Positions 31,681 to 41,563 of a stretch of 64,000 bases of DNA are shown in pieces; position 1 is the first letter of the stretch, and every line of letters begins with the position of its first letter. The position numbers were made by a program, and so were the translations under genes. The notes under the pieces were generated by a model. That model did not search any database and was not told the origin of the DNA. It worked only from the letters and a program-made list of their open reading frames with translations. This stretch comes from an uncultured Syntrophaceae bacterium. GTDB taxonomy: Bacteria; Desulfobacterota; Syntrophia; Syntrophales; UBA4778. The stretch covers positions 51 through 64,050 of the forward strand of contig CAZRAC010000002.1 in NCBI GenBank assembly GCA_964597995.1, written 5' to 3'.

Positions 31681-32697
31681 TCACAGTCCCCTGGCAGCGA
31701 TGTAAGCGGCGAGGTCGGCCACGCGGCAGGAGTAACCCCATTCGTTGTCGTACCAGGCGACGCATTTGGCCAGGTTGCCTTTCCCGCGGAGTACCTGCGT
31801 GAACTCGACGTCCACCGTCGACGAATGCTCATCGCCCTTGAAGTCCGTCGAGACCAGCGGCTCCTCCTCGCAGGCCATGATCCCCTTCAGTCGTCCTTCG
31901 CAGGCCTCCTTCAAGACGGCCCTGAGTTCCTCCGTCGTTGCCCCTTTCTTTAGCTGGGCCGAGAAGTCGACGACGGAAACGGTCGGCGTGGGAACCCGGA
32001 GGGCGTAGCCGTCGAACCGACCCGCCAGGTCCGGGATCACGAGGGCGATCGCCCTGGCCGCCCCGGTGGTCGTCGGGATGATGTTCTGTGCGGCGGCCCT
32101 GGCCCGTCTCAGGTCCTTGTGGGGAAGGTCGAGGATGCGCTGGTCGTTAGTGTAAGAATGGACGGTGACCATCATCCCCTGCTCGACGCCGAAGGCCTGA
32201 TGGATGACGGATACCGGCGGCGCCAGGCAATTCGTCGTGCAAGAGGCGTTCGAGAGGATGTGGTGCTTGAGGGGGTCGTAGGCATCCTCGTTCACTCCCA
32301 TGACGACGGTCAGGTCTTCGCCCTTTGCCGGGGCGGTGATGATGACTTTTTTCACGCCCGCCGCCCGATGGACGGCCGCTCTCTCGGCCGAGGTGAAAAG
32401 GCCGGTGCTCTCCACTACTATGTCGACGCCGAACTCGTCCCAGGGTATCTCCCCGGGGTCGCGGCAGGCGAAGCTCTGCACGGGTTGGTCGTTGATGAGA
32501 AAGCGATCCCTCTCCGCGACGACGGTTCCGCCGAACCGTCCGTAGTTGGTGTCGTACTTAAGGAGATGGGCGTTCGTCTTTGTGTCGAAAAGGTCGTTGA
32601 CGGCTACGACCTGGAGGGTGGCGGCTTGCCTTTCCATGATCGCCTTCAGGACCTGCCGTCCGATCCTCCCGAAACCGTTTATTCCTATGCGGACCAT
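31681..32697 (-). CDS. gap: Glyceraldehyde-3-phosphate dehydrogenase (type I)
   Basis: 338 aa with [14 protein letters not shown], the active site [12 protein letters not shown], and the C-terminal WYDNEWGYS. Confidence 0.95.
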   Translation of the reverse strand: MVRIGINGFGRIGRQVLKAIMERQAATLQVVAVNDLFDTKTNAHLLKYDTNYGRFGGTVVAERDRFLINDQPVQSFACRDPGEIPWDEFGVDIVVESTGLFTSAERAAVHRAAGVKKVIITAPAKGEDLTVVMGVNEDAYDPLKHHILSNASCTTNCLAPPVSVIHQAFGVEQGMMVTVHSYTNDQRILDLPHKDLRRARAAAQNIIPTTTGAARAIALVIPDLAGRFDGYALRVPTPTVSVVDFSAQLKKGATTEELRAVLKEACEGRLKGIMACEEEPLVSTDFKGDEHSSTVDVEFTQVLRGKGNLAKCVAWYDNEWGYSCRVADLAAYIAARGL

Positions 32698-32757
32698 GTT
32701 TTCTGTGTCTCCCTGTTGGTTCAGTCAATCAGTAATTGCCGGCCTGAGGCAGGCTGT

Positions 32758-33321
32758 TCAGTTGTCGTCCAGACGGTACTTGGACTCCGCCATCAGGTCG
32801 CGCTCCCGTCGGAGATGCTGATGCATCCTGGCGTTGTCCAGGGCGATGGCGCTCAGGTTAGCCGCCGCCTCCATAAACCGGATTTCCTTCTCTTTGAACC
32901 TTTTCACGTCATCCGTGTAAACACGCAAAACCCCGACTGCCGTGGTCCCTACGACGAGAGGAACGACTAGGACAGACCGGATGCCTTCCGCGCGGGCCAT
33001 GTCGTTGTACTGGAATCGCGGGTCCGTCTGGGCGTCTTCGATCCAGATGACCTTCCCCTTGAGCGCTTCCTGGTCTATGCCGCTTTCCTCGACGAGGACG
33101 GGTCCTTTGTGGACGTAATCGCTCGAAAGGCCGTGGTAGGCCCCCAGGTTCAACCTTTTCTTCCGCTCGTCGAGTATCCGCAGTGAGCTGGCTTTGACCT
33201 TCATGGCCTCGGCAACGCTACGGACGATCTCCTCCAAGACGCGGGCCGGCTCCAGGGATGCGTTTATCACCTTCGCTACATCGTAGAGCGCGGTAAAGTA
33301 ATCCATCTCTTTTTCGGGCAT
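32758..33321 (-). CDS. GAF domain-containing protein
   Basis: 187 aa, a stand-alone GAF-like fold (ASSLRILDERKKRL ... SVLVVPLVVGTTAVGVLRVY). No output domain is present. Confidence 0.65.
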   Translation of the reverse strand: MPEKEMDYFTALYDVAKVINASLEPARVLEEIVRSVAEAMKVKASSLRILDERKKRLNLGAYHGLSSDYVHKGPVLVEESGIDQEALKGKVIWIEDAQTDPRFQYNDMARAEGIRSVLVVPLVVGTTAVGVLRVYTDDVKRFKEKEIRFMEAAANLSAIALDNARMHQHLRRERDLMAESKYRLDDN

Positions 33322-33402
33322 TTTGCCTCTCCTGTTTTTGGTGTCCCGATAACGATTGACAATCTTGTAAAAGGCAGCAAATCCACCTTAAACATCATGC
33401 CG

Positions 33403-33569
33403 GTGCGTCATCCCGATGAAAATCGGGGCGGCATCAAGGCGAATGGCCTTCAACGTCATACCGGCGACAGCCGGTATCCAGGGCTGTCAGCTGGTCACAA
33501 CATCGCTGGCCCCCGGCCTTCGCCGGGGTGACGACTTTATACGAGAACTTCACGATCGACGGGATCGTG
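33403..33569. repeat. Cluster of four short GC-rich hairpin (REP-like) units
   Basis: Perfect small palindromes: cccgat-gaaa-atcggg (33412-33427), taccggc-gaca-gccggta (about 33459-33476), ccccggc-cttc-gccgggg (about 33510-33527), cacgatc-gacgg-gatcgtg (33551-33569). The first unit recurs inverted at 47378-47396. Confidence 0.7.
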
Positions 33570-33617
33570 AAATGTAAAAATCGGTTTTTCGTCAAGCTTC
33601 GACAAGACTGCCATCCC

Positions 33618-34106
33618 TCACCGCACAGCCACTGTGACGGTTTGGGCGTCGAGGACCCGCAGTAACTCCGTCGGCGCCATTTCCGCAAGGAGCCCCTTTC
33701 TTCCCGCGTTGATGAGTATTTTCGGGAGGTCGAGGACCGTGGCTTCCACGTAAACGGGCAGGCGCTTGCGCGTCCCGAAGGGCGATGTCCCCCCGACCAT
33801 GTAGCCGGTGTGTTTTTCCGCGACCTTGGGGTCGCAGGCGCTCACCGACTTGACGCCCAGAAACCTCGCCATGTTTTTCGTCGAGACGTGCCTGTTGCCG
33901 TGCATGATGACGATGAAGGGTGACTTTCGCTCGTCGTCCTCCATGACGATCGTCTTCACGACCCGGTACTCATCGACTCTCAGTTCCCTGGCCGCCGTCT
34001 CGGTGCATCCCCTCTCCTCGTATTTGTATGGGTGGAGCGTGAAGGTAACCCCTTTTTCCTTCATCATCCTTATCGCCGGCGTCGCCGGGAAGTGATCTTT
34101 GGTCAA
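33618..34106 (-). CDS. ybaK: Cys-tRNA(Pro)/Cys-tRNA(Cys) deacylase YbaK
   Basis: 162 aa. TPAIRMMKEKGVTFTLHPY ... KTIVM ... GYMVGGTSPFG matches the YbaK/ProX editing domain. Confidence 0.82.
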   Translation of the reverse strand: MTKDHFPATPAIRMMKEKGVTFTLHPYKYEERGCTETAARELRVDEYRVVKTIVMEDDERKSPFIVIMHGNRHVSTKNMARFLGVKSVSACDPKVAEKHTGYMVGGTSPFGTRKRLPVYVEATVLDLPKILINAGRKGLLAEMAPTELLRVLDAQTVTVAVR

Positions 34107-34139
34107 TTCTACTCCTCAAAAAGGCCGGAAGGCAAAGGG

Positions 34140-35066
34140 CTAAAAAGACATGCCCGGCTTCCAGCTCTTCCCCTGCCATGTATTCCTTTCTTCCATAGCC
34201 TCGCGGATGGCCCGAAGGTTCGCCTGTTTTTCCAGGGCCCACTGCGGCGCGACCAGTTCCGCCGGGTGGGGGTCGCCGGTCAGACGATGGATGACTACGG
34301 AAGGCGGCAGCAGCGAAAGGAACTCGGCGACGATTCCCGCGTATTCCTCGCGGTCCAGACAGCGATAGGCCCCGGATTCATATAGTCTGTGGAGGACCGT
34401 ACCCTTTACGACGTATAGGAGGTGAATCTTGACTGCCTGGATGTCCATCCCGGCGAGGGCCTCGGCCGTTTCGAGCATCTCGCGTCTCCCCTCGCCGGGG
34501 AGCCCGAGGATGACGTGGACGCAGACGTCGACCCCTCTCCGGCGGGTTCTGTCGACGGCCTCTTGGAAGACCGAGAAGGTATGGCCCCTGTTTATGAGTT
34601 CGAGGGTACGGTCATGGGCGGACTGAAGGCCATACTCGACAGAGACAAAGGAACGCCGGTTCAGCTCGGCGAGGAGGTCCAAGACTTCGTCGTCGACGCA
34701 GTCCGGCCTCGTGCCGACGGCGAGGCCGACGACTTCCGGAACGCCAAGGGCCTCCTCGTAACGGCGGCGGAGCGTCTCCACGGGCCCATAAGTGTTCGAG
34801 AAGGACTGGAAGTAGGCGATGAATTTCTCCGCCTTATACCTTTTTTCCAGGGCGGCCTTTCCCCTCTCGAGCTGCTCCCGGACCGAGAGGGACGAGAAGG
34901 CGCCGGTCCCGGAACCGCGGGTGTTGCAGTAGATGCACCCGCCGGTGCCGACCTTTCCGTCGCGGTTGGGGCAGGTGAAACCGGCGTCAAGAGTGACCTT
35001 CTGTACGCGGCAGCCGAAACGCTCCCGCATTGCCCGGGCGAGGTCGTTGTATGGCAAACTTGACAT
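34140..35066 (-). CDS. Radical SAM protein, TIGR01212 family
   Basis: Family-specific cluster FTCPNRDGKVGTGGCIYCN. The ORF track extends to 35144; the ATG at 35066 (MSSLPYNDL) is preferred. Confidence 0.78.
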   Translation of the reverse strand: MSSLPYNDLARAMRERFGCRVQKVTLDAGFTCPNRDGKVGTGGCIYCNTRGSGTGAFSSLSVREQLERGKAALEKRYKAEKFIAYFQSFSNTYGPVETLRRRYEEALGVPEVVGLAVGTRPDCVDDEVLDLLAELNRRSFVSVEYGLQSAHDRTLELINRGHTFSVFQEAVDRTRRRGVDVCVHVILGLPGEGRREMLETAEALAGMDIQAVKIHLLYVVKGTVLHRLYESGAYRCLDREEYAGIVAEFLSLLPPSVVIHRLTGDPHPAELVAPQWALEKQANLRAIREAMEERNTWQGKSWKPGMSF

Positions 35067-35253
35067 GGCTCTTCGAGGATATATAATCAAAAACCCTTCG
35101 CTATCGAACGGATACATTCTGGCTTCATACCCTGGAATTGTCAACCCGGAAGTTCGATTTTGGAGGAATCAAACGTCTTTACGCCGGGACCTCTACACCG
35201 GAGATGGCCTTCGGGAGGGGTCCGCGGACTTTTTTTGGACCGTGAGCCTTGGA

Positions 35254-37128
35254 ATGTCTTCTCAGTATGACGTGATCGTCGTCGGTGCGGGCCATGCGGG
35301 CTGCGAGGCCGCCCTCGCGGCGGCCCGGATGGGGTGCCGGACGTTGCTCTTCTCGATCAATCTCGACACCGTGGCGCATATGCCCTGCTCGCCTTCGATC
35401 GGCGGCGTGGGAAAGGGACACTTGGTGAAGGAAGTGGACGCCCTGGGGGGCGAGATGGGGAAGGCGGCGGACCTCACGGCCCTTCAATACCGAACCCTGA
35501 ACACCCGGAAAGGCCCGGCCGTCCGGAGCACCCGCACGCAGAACGACAAGGCCCGTTACCGGATACTCATGAAGGGCGTGGTCGAGCGCCAACCCCTGAT
35601 CGACCTGAAGCAGACGCTCGTCGAGGAGATACTTGCCGAGGGCGGCAGGGTCGTGGGGGTCCGGGATCATATCGGCGCGGAGTTCTTCGCACCGACAGTG
35701 GTCCTGACGACAGGGACCTTCCTCCACGGGCTGGTCCATATCGGGAGGAAGCAGATCCCCTCGGGGAGGGCCGGGGAGTTTCCGGCCGATGGCCTGGCCG
35801 AGAGCCTGAGGAACCTCGGGTTCAGGATGGGGAGGATGAAGACGGGAACGCCCGCCCGTGTCCGCCGGGACACCATCGACTTTTGCCGTTTCGCTGAACT
35901 GCGGGGAGACGAAGAGCCGAATCCCTTCTCCCTCTTCACGGAAAAGACGGAAATCACCCAGATTCCCTGCTACATCGGGCGTACCGGTGAGCGGACGGGG
36001 GAGATAATCCGGCGCAACATCCATCTCTCGCCCCTTTACAACGGGACCATCCAAGGGGTGTCGGCCCGGTATTGCCCGTCCTTAGAGGACAAGATGATGA
36101 AGTTTCCTGAGAGGGAGCATCACCAGATAATCCTCGAACCGGAGGGGCTCGACACCGAAGAGATCTACGTGAGCGGCACGGGCAATTCCTTGCCTTACGA
36201 GGTACAGATCGACCTCGTGCGGTCCGTTCCCGGCCTTGAAGAGGCCCGCATCATGCGGCCTGCCTACGCCATCGAGTACGACTTTGTCTACCCTACCCAG
36301 TTGAAACCGACGCTGGAAACGAAGCTAGTCGAGGGTCTGTTTTTCGCGGGACAGATAAACGGAACCTCTGGTTACGAGGAGGCGGCCGCCCAGGGACTCT
36401 GGGCGGGCATAAACGCGGCCCTCAAGGTGCAGAAGCGGCGGCCCTTCATCCTCGACCGTTCCGAGGCTTACATGGGTGTCATGGTCGACGACCTCGTCAC
36501 GAGGGGGACCCGCGAGCCTTACCGGATGTTCACGTCCCGCGCCGAATACCGACTTCTGTTGAGAGAGGACAACGCCGCCTTTCGCCTGGTCGAGAAGGGT
36601 TTCGAGCTCGGCCTCCAGGACAGAGAGGCCTTGGAAAGGGTAGTGGAGAAGGAAAGGCGCGTCGAGCTGGAGACGAGACGGCTGGAGCAGAAGAGGGTGA
36701 GGTCGACGCCGGAAGCGAACCGCATCCTCGAGAAGGCCGGCTCGGTTCCCATCGACGAATCCGCTACGCTCAGCCAGATACTGAAGAGGCCCGAGGTGTC
36801 CTATGCCGATGTCGAGGCGATCGAGGGCGTCATTTCCGACCTGCCCGCGGACGTGAAGAGGCAGGTTGAGGTTCGTTGTAAGTACGACGGCTACATCAGA
36901 CGCCAGGAGGCGGAGGTGAAAAAGTTCAAACACCTCGAAAGGCTGGAGATACCGGGGGACTTCGATTACCGCGGGATACCGGGGCTTTCCAACGAACTCA
37001 AGCAGAAACTCGGCGAGATACGCCCCCTTTCCCTGGGGCAGGCCTCGCGTATCGAAGGCATGACACCCGCCGCCCTTTCCGTGCTCATGGTCTTTCTCAA
37101 ACGGCACCGGGAAGGAAAAGCATCTTGA
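35254..37128 (+). CDS. mnmG: tRNA uridine 5-carboxymethylaminomethyl modification enzyme MnmG (GidA)
   Basis: The true start is the ATG at 35254 (MSSQYDVIVVGAGHAGCEAALAAARMG). The ORF-track start at 34933 is an upstream extension overlapping the neighbouring gene. The protein is GidA-like over its full length. Confidence 0.93.
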   Translation: MSSQYDVIVVGAGHAGCEAALAAARMGCRTLLFSINLDTVAHMPCSPSIGGVGKGHLVKEVDALGGEMGKAADLTALQYRTLNTRKGPAVRSTRTQNDKARYRILMKGVVERQPLIDLKQTLVEEILAEGGRVVGVRDHIGAEFFAPTVVLTTGTFLHGLVHIGRKQIPSGRAGEFPADGLAESLRNLGFRMGRMKTGTPARVRRDTIDFCRFAELRGDEEPNPFSLFTEKTEITQIPCYIGRTGERTGEIIRRNIHLSPLYNGTIQGVSARYCPSLEDKMMKFPEREHHQIILEPEGLDTEEIYVSGTGNSLPYEVQIDLVRSVPGLEEARIMRPAYAIEYDFVYPTQLKPTLETKLVEGLFFAGQINGTSGYEEAAAQGLWAGINAALKVQKRRPFILDRSEAYMGVMVDDLVTRGTREPYRMFTSRAEYRLLLREDNAAFRLVEKGFELGLQDREALERVVEKERRVELETRRLEQKRVRSTPEANRILEKAGSVPIDESATLSQILKRPEVSYADVEAIEGVISDLPADVKRQVEVRCKYDGYIRRQEAEVKKFKHLERLEIPGDFDYRGIPGLSNELKQKLGEIRPLSLGQASRIEGMTPAALSVLMVFLKRHREGKAS

Positions 37129-37189
37129 CTGAACAGGTTTGCTGGTAAACCGCGTCGATGTATGTCCCTCGGCTCTTTTCCGTCCGGGG

Positions 37190-38203
37190 TCATTCGGCGC
37201 CGCTGCCGCCGTCGAGCCTTAATTCTTCCAGCGCCCTGAGGACGTCATCTTCACCGCTGTAATGCTTTTTTCCCGCCCTCCCGGCGATCACGACGGTGGG
37301 AGTGGACCGGACGCCGTCTTCCTTGATGTAGTCGTTGTACTTTCGGAAGAACGGGGCGGTGTCCCGCTGCACGACTTTTATCTTTTTCGCCTCAAGAAAA
37401 TTCCTCAACTCGCTTTCCGTTTTCAATCCCTTTTCCGCCGCCTCGAAGAGCGCACGCCGGACCTGGTTGGCGGATTCAAGGGTTTCTCCCCCCGCACCGG
37501 TAGCGTAGATGTAATACCTTGCGTAAAGGACCGTTTCGCGGTGCATCGGTGTATCGATAAAAAGAACCCGTCCCTTTCCGTCCCGGGCGATCTCTTCGGT
37601 CAGCTTCTCTATCTTCGGTTCCACGCGGCGACAGGGCGCACAGAAATAGTCCGAGTAAACCCGGACCTCCCTTTCCCCCTGCCCGTAAACGTACGGGCCC
37701 GTCTCGGCGGCATACGCAGGCAAGGCGCTCCCCGAAAAGGTCAAGACAAAGAAGGCGAACCCCGCCAGCACGAATAGTATGAGGGGATAATGTCTCGACG
37801 CCGGCGAGAACCGGACGCCTCCAAGGAGGTAGAGCAGCCGCCGCCATCCCCTTTCGGCGGGAGGTTCATAGTTGACCGCAAAGGCCAAAACCACGCAGGC
37901 GGCGAAGGCAAGGCAGTAGGGGCAATAAACACCTTCTTTCAACTGGAACCAGAGGAGGAACACCTCCCCTCCCATCCCCGCAGCGAGGGCAGCTCGCAAA
38001 AAATGGCTCCTCTCCGCCCAGGCAAGGACGGCAACTACGGCCATGAAGAGAATCCCGACCAACTTGAGGTCGATTCCGAGGACGTCGCCCTGGAGATAGG
38101 AGCACTCACCGTCGCAAAGGGTGTAGAAGGCCATCGTCCCTATGCCGACGAGCGCAAGCACGACAGTCGCCGTTTTCTTTGTCCGGGAAAGGCGCCTATC
38201 CAT
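37190..38203 (-). CDS. Membrane thiol:disulfide oxidoreductase: VKOR/DsbB-like TM domain fused to a thioredoxin/DsbA-like domain
   Basis: 337 aa. The N-terminal half has about 5 TM helices with a loop Cys pair (LCDGEC) and an intramembrane CPYC. The C-terminal half has a thioredoxin-like FCAPC motif. Confidence 0.6.
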   Translation of the reverse strand: MDRRLSRTKKTATVVLALVGIGTMAFYTLCDGECSYLQGDVLGIDLKLVGILFMAVVAVLAWAERSHFLRAALAAGMGGEVFLLWFQLKEGVYCPYCLAFAACVVLAFAVNYEPPAERGWRRLLYLLGGVRFSPASRHYPLILFVLAGFAFFVLTFSGSALPAYAAETGPYVYGQGEREVRVYSDYFCAPCRRVEPKIEKLTEEIARDGKGRVLFIDTPMHRETVLYARYYIYATGAGGETLESANQVRRALFEAAEKGLKTESELRNFLEAKKIKVVQRDTAPFFRKYNDYIKEDGVRSTPTVVIAGRAGKKHYSGEDDVLRALEELRLDGGSGAE

Positions 38204-38212
38204 CTTCGGCTC

Positions 38213-38809
38213 TCAAGATTTCCCGGCCGCTTTTTCTCTGTAACGGGCCATGATCTCCGACCGGGTGAGGATGGGGACTACAGGACGGACGTGCCGCTCG
38301 ATCAACTCCCGGCCGCCTTCTTCCCGGTCGATGAGGACGACGGCGAGCTCTACGGTCAGCCCTGCCTCCCGGGCGCTTTCGACCGCCGCGATGGTCGAGG
38401 CCCCGGTAGTCACCACGTCGTCGATGACGGCGACTTTATCGCCAGGCCTCACGTTTCCTTCTATCTTGCTCCGGGTCCCGTGGGCCTTGGCGTCCTTCCG
38501 GACGATGAATGACCGGATAGGGCGACCTTTCTCGAAGGAAATCAGGGCGAGGGCGTTGGCTATCGGGTCGGCGCCGAGGGTCAACCCCCCTGCCGCCTTC
38601 ACGTCCGTGTCCTTCAATATATCGAAGACGAGGTTGCCGATGAGGTACATCCCTTCCGGGTCGAGTGTCGTGGGTTTGCAATCGAAGTAGTAAGGGCTCT
38701 TCCTCCCCGAGGACAGCGTGAAGGGGTTATCCTCGTTGTACCGGAAAGACCGCTCGATGATGAGGTCGGCGAGCCTGTCCTTCATTTTTTCAAGGTCTTT
38801 GTTCGTCAT
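38213..38809 (-). CDS. pyrE: Orotate phosphoribosyltransferase
   Basis: 198 aa with the PRPP-binding loop KVAVIDDVVTTGAS and a type I PRTase fold. ATGA overlap with the metH stop. Confidence 0.88.
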   Translation of the reverse strand: MTNKDLEKMKDRLADLIIERSFRYNEDNPFTLSSGRKSPYYFDCKPTTLDPEGMYLIGNLVFDILKDTDVKAAGGLTLGADPIANALALISFEKGRPIRSFIVRKDAKAHGTRSKIEGNVRPGDKVAVIDDVVTTGASTIAAVESAREAGLTVELAVVLIDREEGGRELIERHVRPVVPILTRSEIMARYREKAAGKS

Positions 38810-41211
38810 GTCTTACCGAATATCTCCTCGAGTTTTCTGACCGCCTCGACGCCGTCTTTGGCGTATTCGGCGCCCAGGGATCGGGCGTAGGCCTTCGTCA
38901 CGACCGCGCCGCCGAGCAGGAATCGGCAGTCGGAACACTCCTTGGCGGCCAGCTCCATCACTTCCTTCATGCGTACCATGGTCGTCGTCATGAGGGCGGA
39001 CAACCCGACGACCGCTCCTCTGTGGGCCTTCGCTGCCTCGATGATTTTCCCTGCGGGCACGTCTTTCCCCAGGTCGATGACCCTGTAGCCGTGGTTTTTC
39101 ACCATCAGGGCGACGATGTTCTTCCCGATGTCGTGGATGTCCCCCTCGACCGTCGCGAGGATGACGGTCTTTCTGTCGTCGGCTGCAAGGTCTTCTTTGA
39201 GGTGGGGTTCGAGGTAATCCATGCCCTGCTTCATCGCCTCAGCGCTCGCGATGAGCTGGGGCAGGAAATACTCCCGCCTGTCGAACCTTCCCCCTACCTC
39301 GGTGATCGCCGGTATCATCACGTCCTCAACGAGGCCGAGGGGCGACGCCCCTGCGGCCAGGGCGGCGGCGAGCAACCTTCCTATGTCCTCCCGGTTGCCC
39401 TCCAGGATGGCCTGGTATACTTTTTCCTCCGGTGTCGTTGTTTCGGGGGTCTCTCGTTTCCCGGAGTTTGCGGCCTGTTCACTGAAACGGGCGATGAAAG
39501 CTGCCGCGTCCCCGTCCTTCTGGGTGAGGAGGTCGGAGGCGGCCTTGATGTTCATGAGCTCCGCCTGGCCGGGGTTGGCGATGGCGAGGGTCAGTCCCTT
39601 CCCGGCAGCCATGGCGAGGAAGGCGGCGTTTATCCACATTCTCCCCGGCATCCCGAAGGAGACGTTCGAGAGGCCGAGGACCGTTCTTGTGCCGAACCTG
39701 CGGGAGCACCACTCGACGGTTTCCAGCGTTTCCAGCGCCGCCCGGGGGTCCGCCGCGACGGTCATGACAAGCCCGTCGACGACCAGGTCCTCCTTCGTGA
39801 ACCCCCGCGCCCGTGCCCTCCGAAAGACATCCCGGATGACCTCCTTGCGTCTCGCCGCCGTCCGGGGGACCTCCCCCTTTGCGACGGGTAGGAGGATGAA
39901 CATGGCGCCGTATCTGGCCGCCGCCGCAAGCAACCTGTCGATTTTCTCTTCTTCGCCGGAGATTGAATTGAGCAAGGCCCGGCCCGGGTATCTCCTCAGA
40001 GCTGCTTCTATCGTCTCGACCTTCGGCGAGTCGATCACAAGGGGCAGGGCGGTGGCGACCGCGAGCACGTCGACGGCGCCAGTCATGGCCTTTACTTCGT
40101 CGATGCCGGGGACGCCGACATTGACGTCGAGGAGGTCTGCGCCTTCCCTCTCCTGGTCGCGGGCCATCTGGCGGACCAGGGTGAACCTTCCTTCCGTGAA
40201 TTCCTCCCGGAGGGCCTCCCTCAGGGCCTTTTTCCCCGTGGGGTTTATCCGCTCGCCGATGACCTTCAGGGCGCCTCCCCGGTCGAGAAAGACCGTCTTC
40301 CTCGGCGAGGTGAGGGCTGCGATCGACCTTTTCGCCGGCAGGATGGGTTTCTTGTTCTTCAAGTTCCTCTTCAGGGAACGGATGTGGTCGGGCGTCGTCC
40401 CGCAGCAGCCGCCCACTAGGGCGGCGCCGGCGGAGGCAAGCTCCTTTCCGAAGGCTCCGAACTCGGACGCGTCCATCGGGAAGACCGTCTCCCCTTCCTT
40501 GACGACCGGTATCCCGGCGTTCGGCTTCGCCGCGAGGGGGACGGTCGCGTGGGGCTTCATGGCGGAGATGAACCGCATCATGTCCTCGGGGCCGGTGGAG
40601 CAGTTGCAGCCCACGGCGTCGGCGCCGAGGCTCTGGAGGGTTACGAGGGCCGTCACCGGGTCCGTCCCGTTCAATGTCCGCCCGTCTTTCTCGAAGGTCA
40701 TCGTGACCACCGTGAAGAGGCCGGTGATCTCCCGCGCCGCGATCAAGGCGGCCCGCGCCTCCTGGATGTCCAACATGGTCTCGATGACCAGGAGGTCCAC
40801 GCCCCCTGCGATGAGCCCTTCTATCTGCTCCTTGAAGATGTCAACTGCTTCCTCGAAGTCGAGCGGACCGAAGGGCGAAACGAACCGACCCGTCGGGCCG
40901 ACGTCGCCGGCTACGAGGGCCTTCCCCTCCGCCGCTTCTTTTGCCAGTCGCGCGAGCTTCCGGTTTATCGCCTTCACGTCGGAGAGGCCGTATTCGGCGA
41001 GCTTCAGCCTGTTTGCCCCGAAGGTGGCCGTGTAGATGATGTCGGCCCCCGCCCGCCGATAGCCGGAGTGAACGGCCCGGATCGCTTCGGGATGGTCGAT
41101 ACACCAGGCCTCGGGGCAGACCCCCGACGGCATACCCATTCTGTGGAGCTCCGTCCCGGTGGCGCCGTCGAGGAGCAGGACCTTTTTCTTGAGGAGGCTC
41201 GGTATCTTCAT
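38806..41211 (-). CDS. metH: Methionine synthase core (Hcy-binding, pterin-binding and B12-binding modules, no AdoMet activation module)
   Basis: 801 aa with the Hcy S-methyltransferase N-terminus (LLDGATGTEL ... GGCCGTTP), a pterin-binding barrel, and the B12-binding DxHxxG motif (GDIHDIGKNIV). It ends right after the B12 Rossmann domain. Confidence 0.88.
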   Translation of the reverse strand: MKIPSLLKKKVLLLDGATGTELHRMGMPSGVCPEAWCIDHPEAIRAVHSGYRRAGADIIYTATFGANRLKLAEYGLSDVKAINRKLARLAKEAAEGKALVAGDVGPTGRFVSPFGPLDFEEAVDIFKEQIEGLIAGGVDLLVIETMLDIQEARAALIAAREITGLFTVVTMTFEKDGRTLNGTDPVTALVTLQSLGADAVGCNCSTGPEDMMRFISAMKPHATVPLAAKPNAGIPVVKEGETVFPMDASEFGAFGKELASAGAALVGGCCGTTPDHIRSLKRNLKNKKPILPAKRSIAALTSPRKTVFLDRGGALKVIGERINPTGKKALREALREEFTEGRFTLVRQMARDQEREGADLLDVNVGVPGIDEVKAMTGAVDVLAVATALPLVIDSPKVETIEAALRRYPGRALLNSISGEEEKIDRLLAAAARYGAMFILLPVAKGEVPRTAARRKEVIRDVFRRARARGFTKEDLVVDGLVMTVAADPRAALETLETVEWCSRRFGTRTVLGLSNVSFGMPGRMWINAAFLAMAAGKGLTLAIANPGQAELMNIKAASDLLTQKDGDAAAFIARFSEQAANSGKRETPETTTPEEKVYQAILEGNREDIGRLLAAALAAGASPLGLVEDVMIPAITEVGGRFDRREYFLPQLIASAEAMKQGMDYLEPHLKEDLAADDRKTVILATVEGDIHDIGKNIVALMVKNHGYRVIDLGKDVPAGKIIEAAKAHRGAVVGLSALMTTTMVRMKEVMELAAKECSDCRFLLGGAVVTKAYARSLGAEYAKDGVEAVRKLEEIFGKT

Positions 41212-41563
41212 CTTCCGGTGCGCAATCGTTGCAAAATCGAAAAACGGCGATTTACAGTAAACTTTGAAGGCGCCGATACTACCATCAACCCGATATGGGT
41301 GTCCAGTTTTTAGGGAGAGTTATAGAATCGCTTCTTCGATTAGAAGCCCATCCGGGTCCGCCACCAGCGTGAACAGGCGACCTTTGAGGTGAACTCGCGC
41401 AGAATCATAGCGCAGCCTGTTTCTGCGCGAGGCGATGAGGACTAAGGCGAGCGATTCATCTCTCTCGACCTTGCATTTGTTCGCTTATGGCTGCATGCAA
41501 GTTGTCAAGCGTACAATGCACAGTGTCCTCAACCACTTACCACTCTTGGTATCATAGAAAGAG

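Noticed and set aside
33434-33688. 84-aa ORF in the GAF-ybaK spacer.
   Set aside because: It is a translation through the tandem hairpin repeats (VVTPAKAGGQ...). It overlaps the ybaK 3' end and has no start context.
34933-35253. 107-codon N-terminal extension of the mnmG ORF.
   Set aside because: The extension overlaps the divergent TIGR01212 gene. The canonical GidA N-terminus (MSSQYDVIVVGAGHAG) starts at 35254.
39221-41035. 604-aa plus-strand ORF (and the 289-aa and 254-aa neighbours) opposite metH.
   Set aside because: It is antisense to a full-length, motif-rich metH. The sequence is low-complexity and rich in Ser, Ala and Arg.
41320-41469. Open 49-codon minus-strand stretch ending ...VHLKGRLFTLVADPDGLLIEEAIL*, considered as a possible C-terminal gene remnant at the left islet border.
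   Set aside because: It has no start codon and no recognisable family. An open stretch of this length is expected by chance in G+C-rich DNA. It is worth a TBLASTN search but cannot be supported here.
41396-41501. Two hairpins downstream of the NACHT gene (cgcgcagaa...ttctgcgcg at 41396-41429; cttgcat...atgcaag at 41470-41501), considered as intrinsic terminators.
   Set aside because: The loops are long (16-18 nt) and neither stem is followed by a U-tract on the minus strand. They may still be structural elements or attachment-site remnants.
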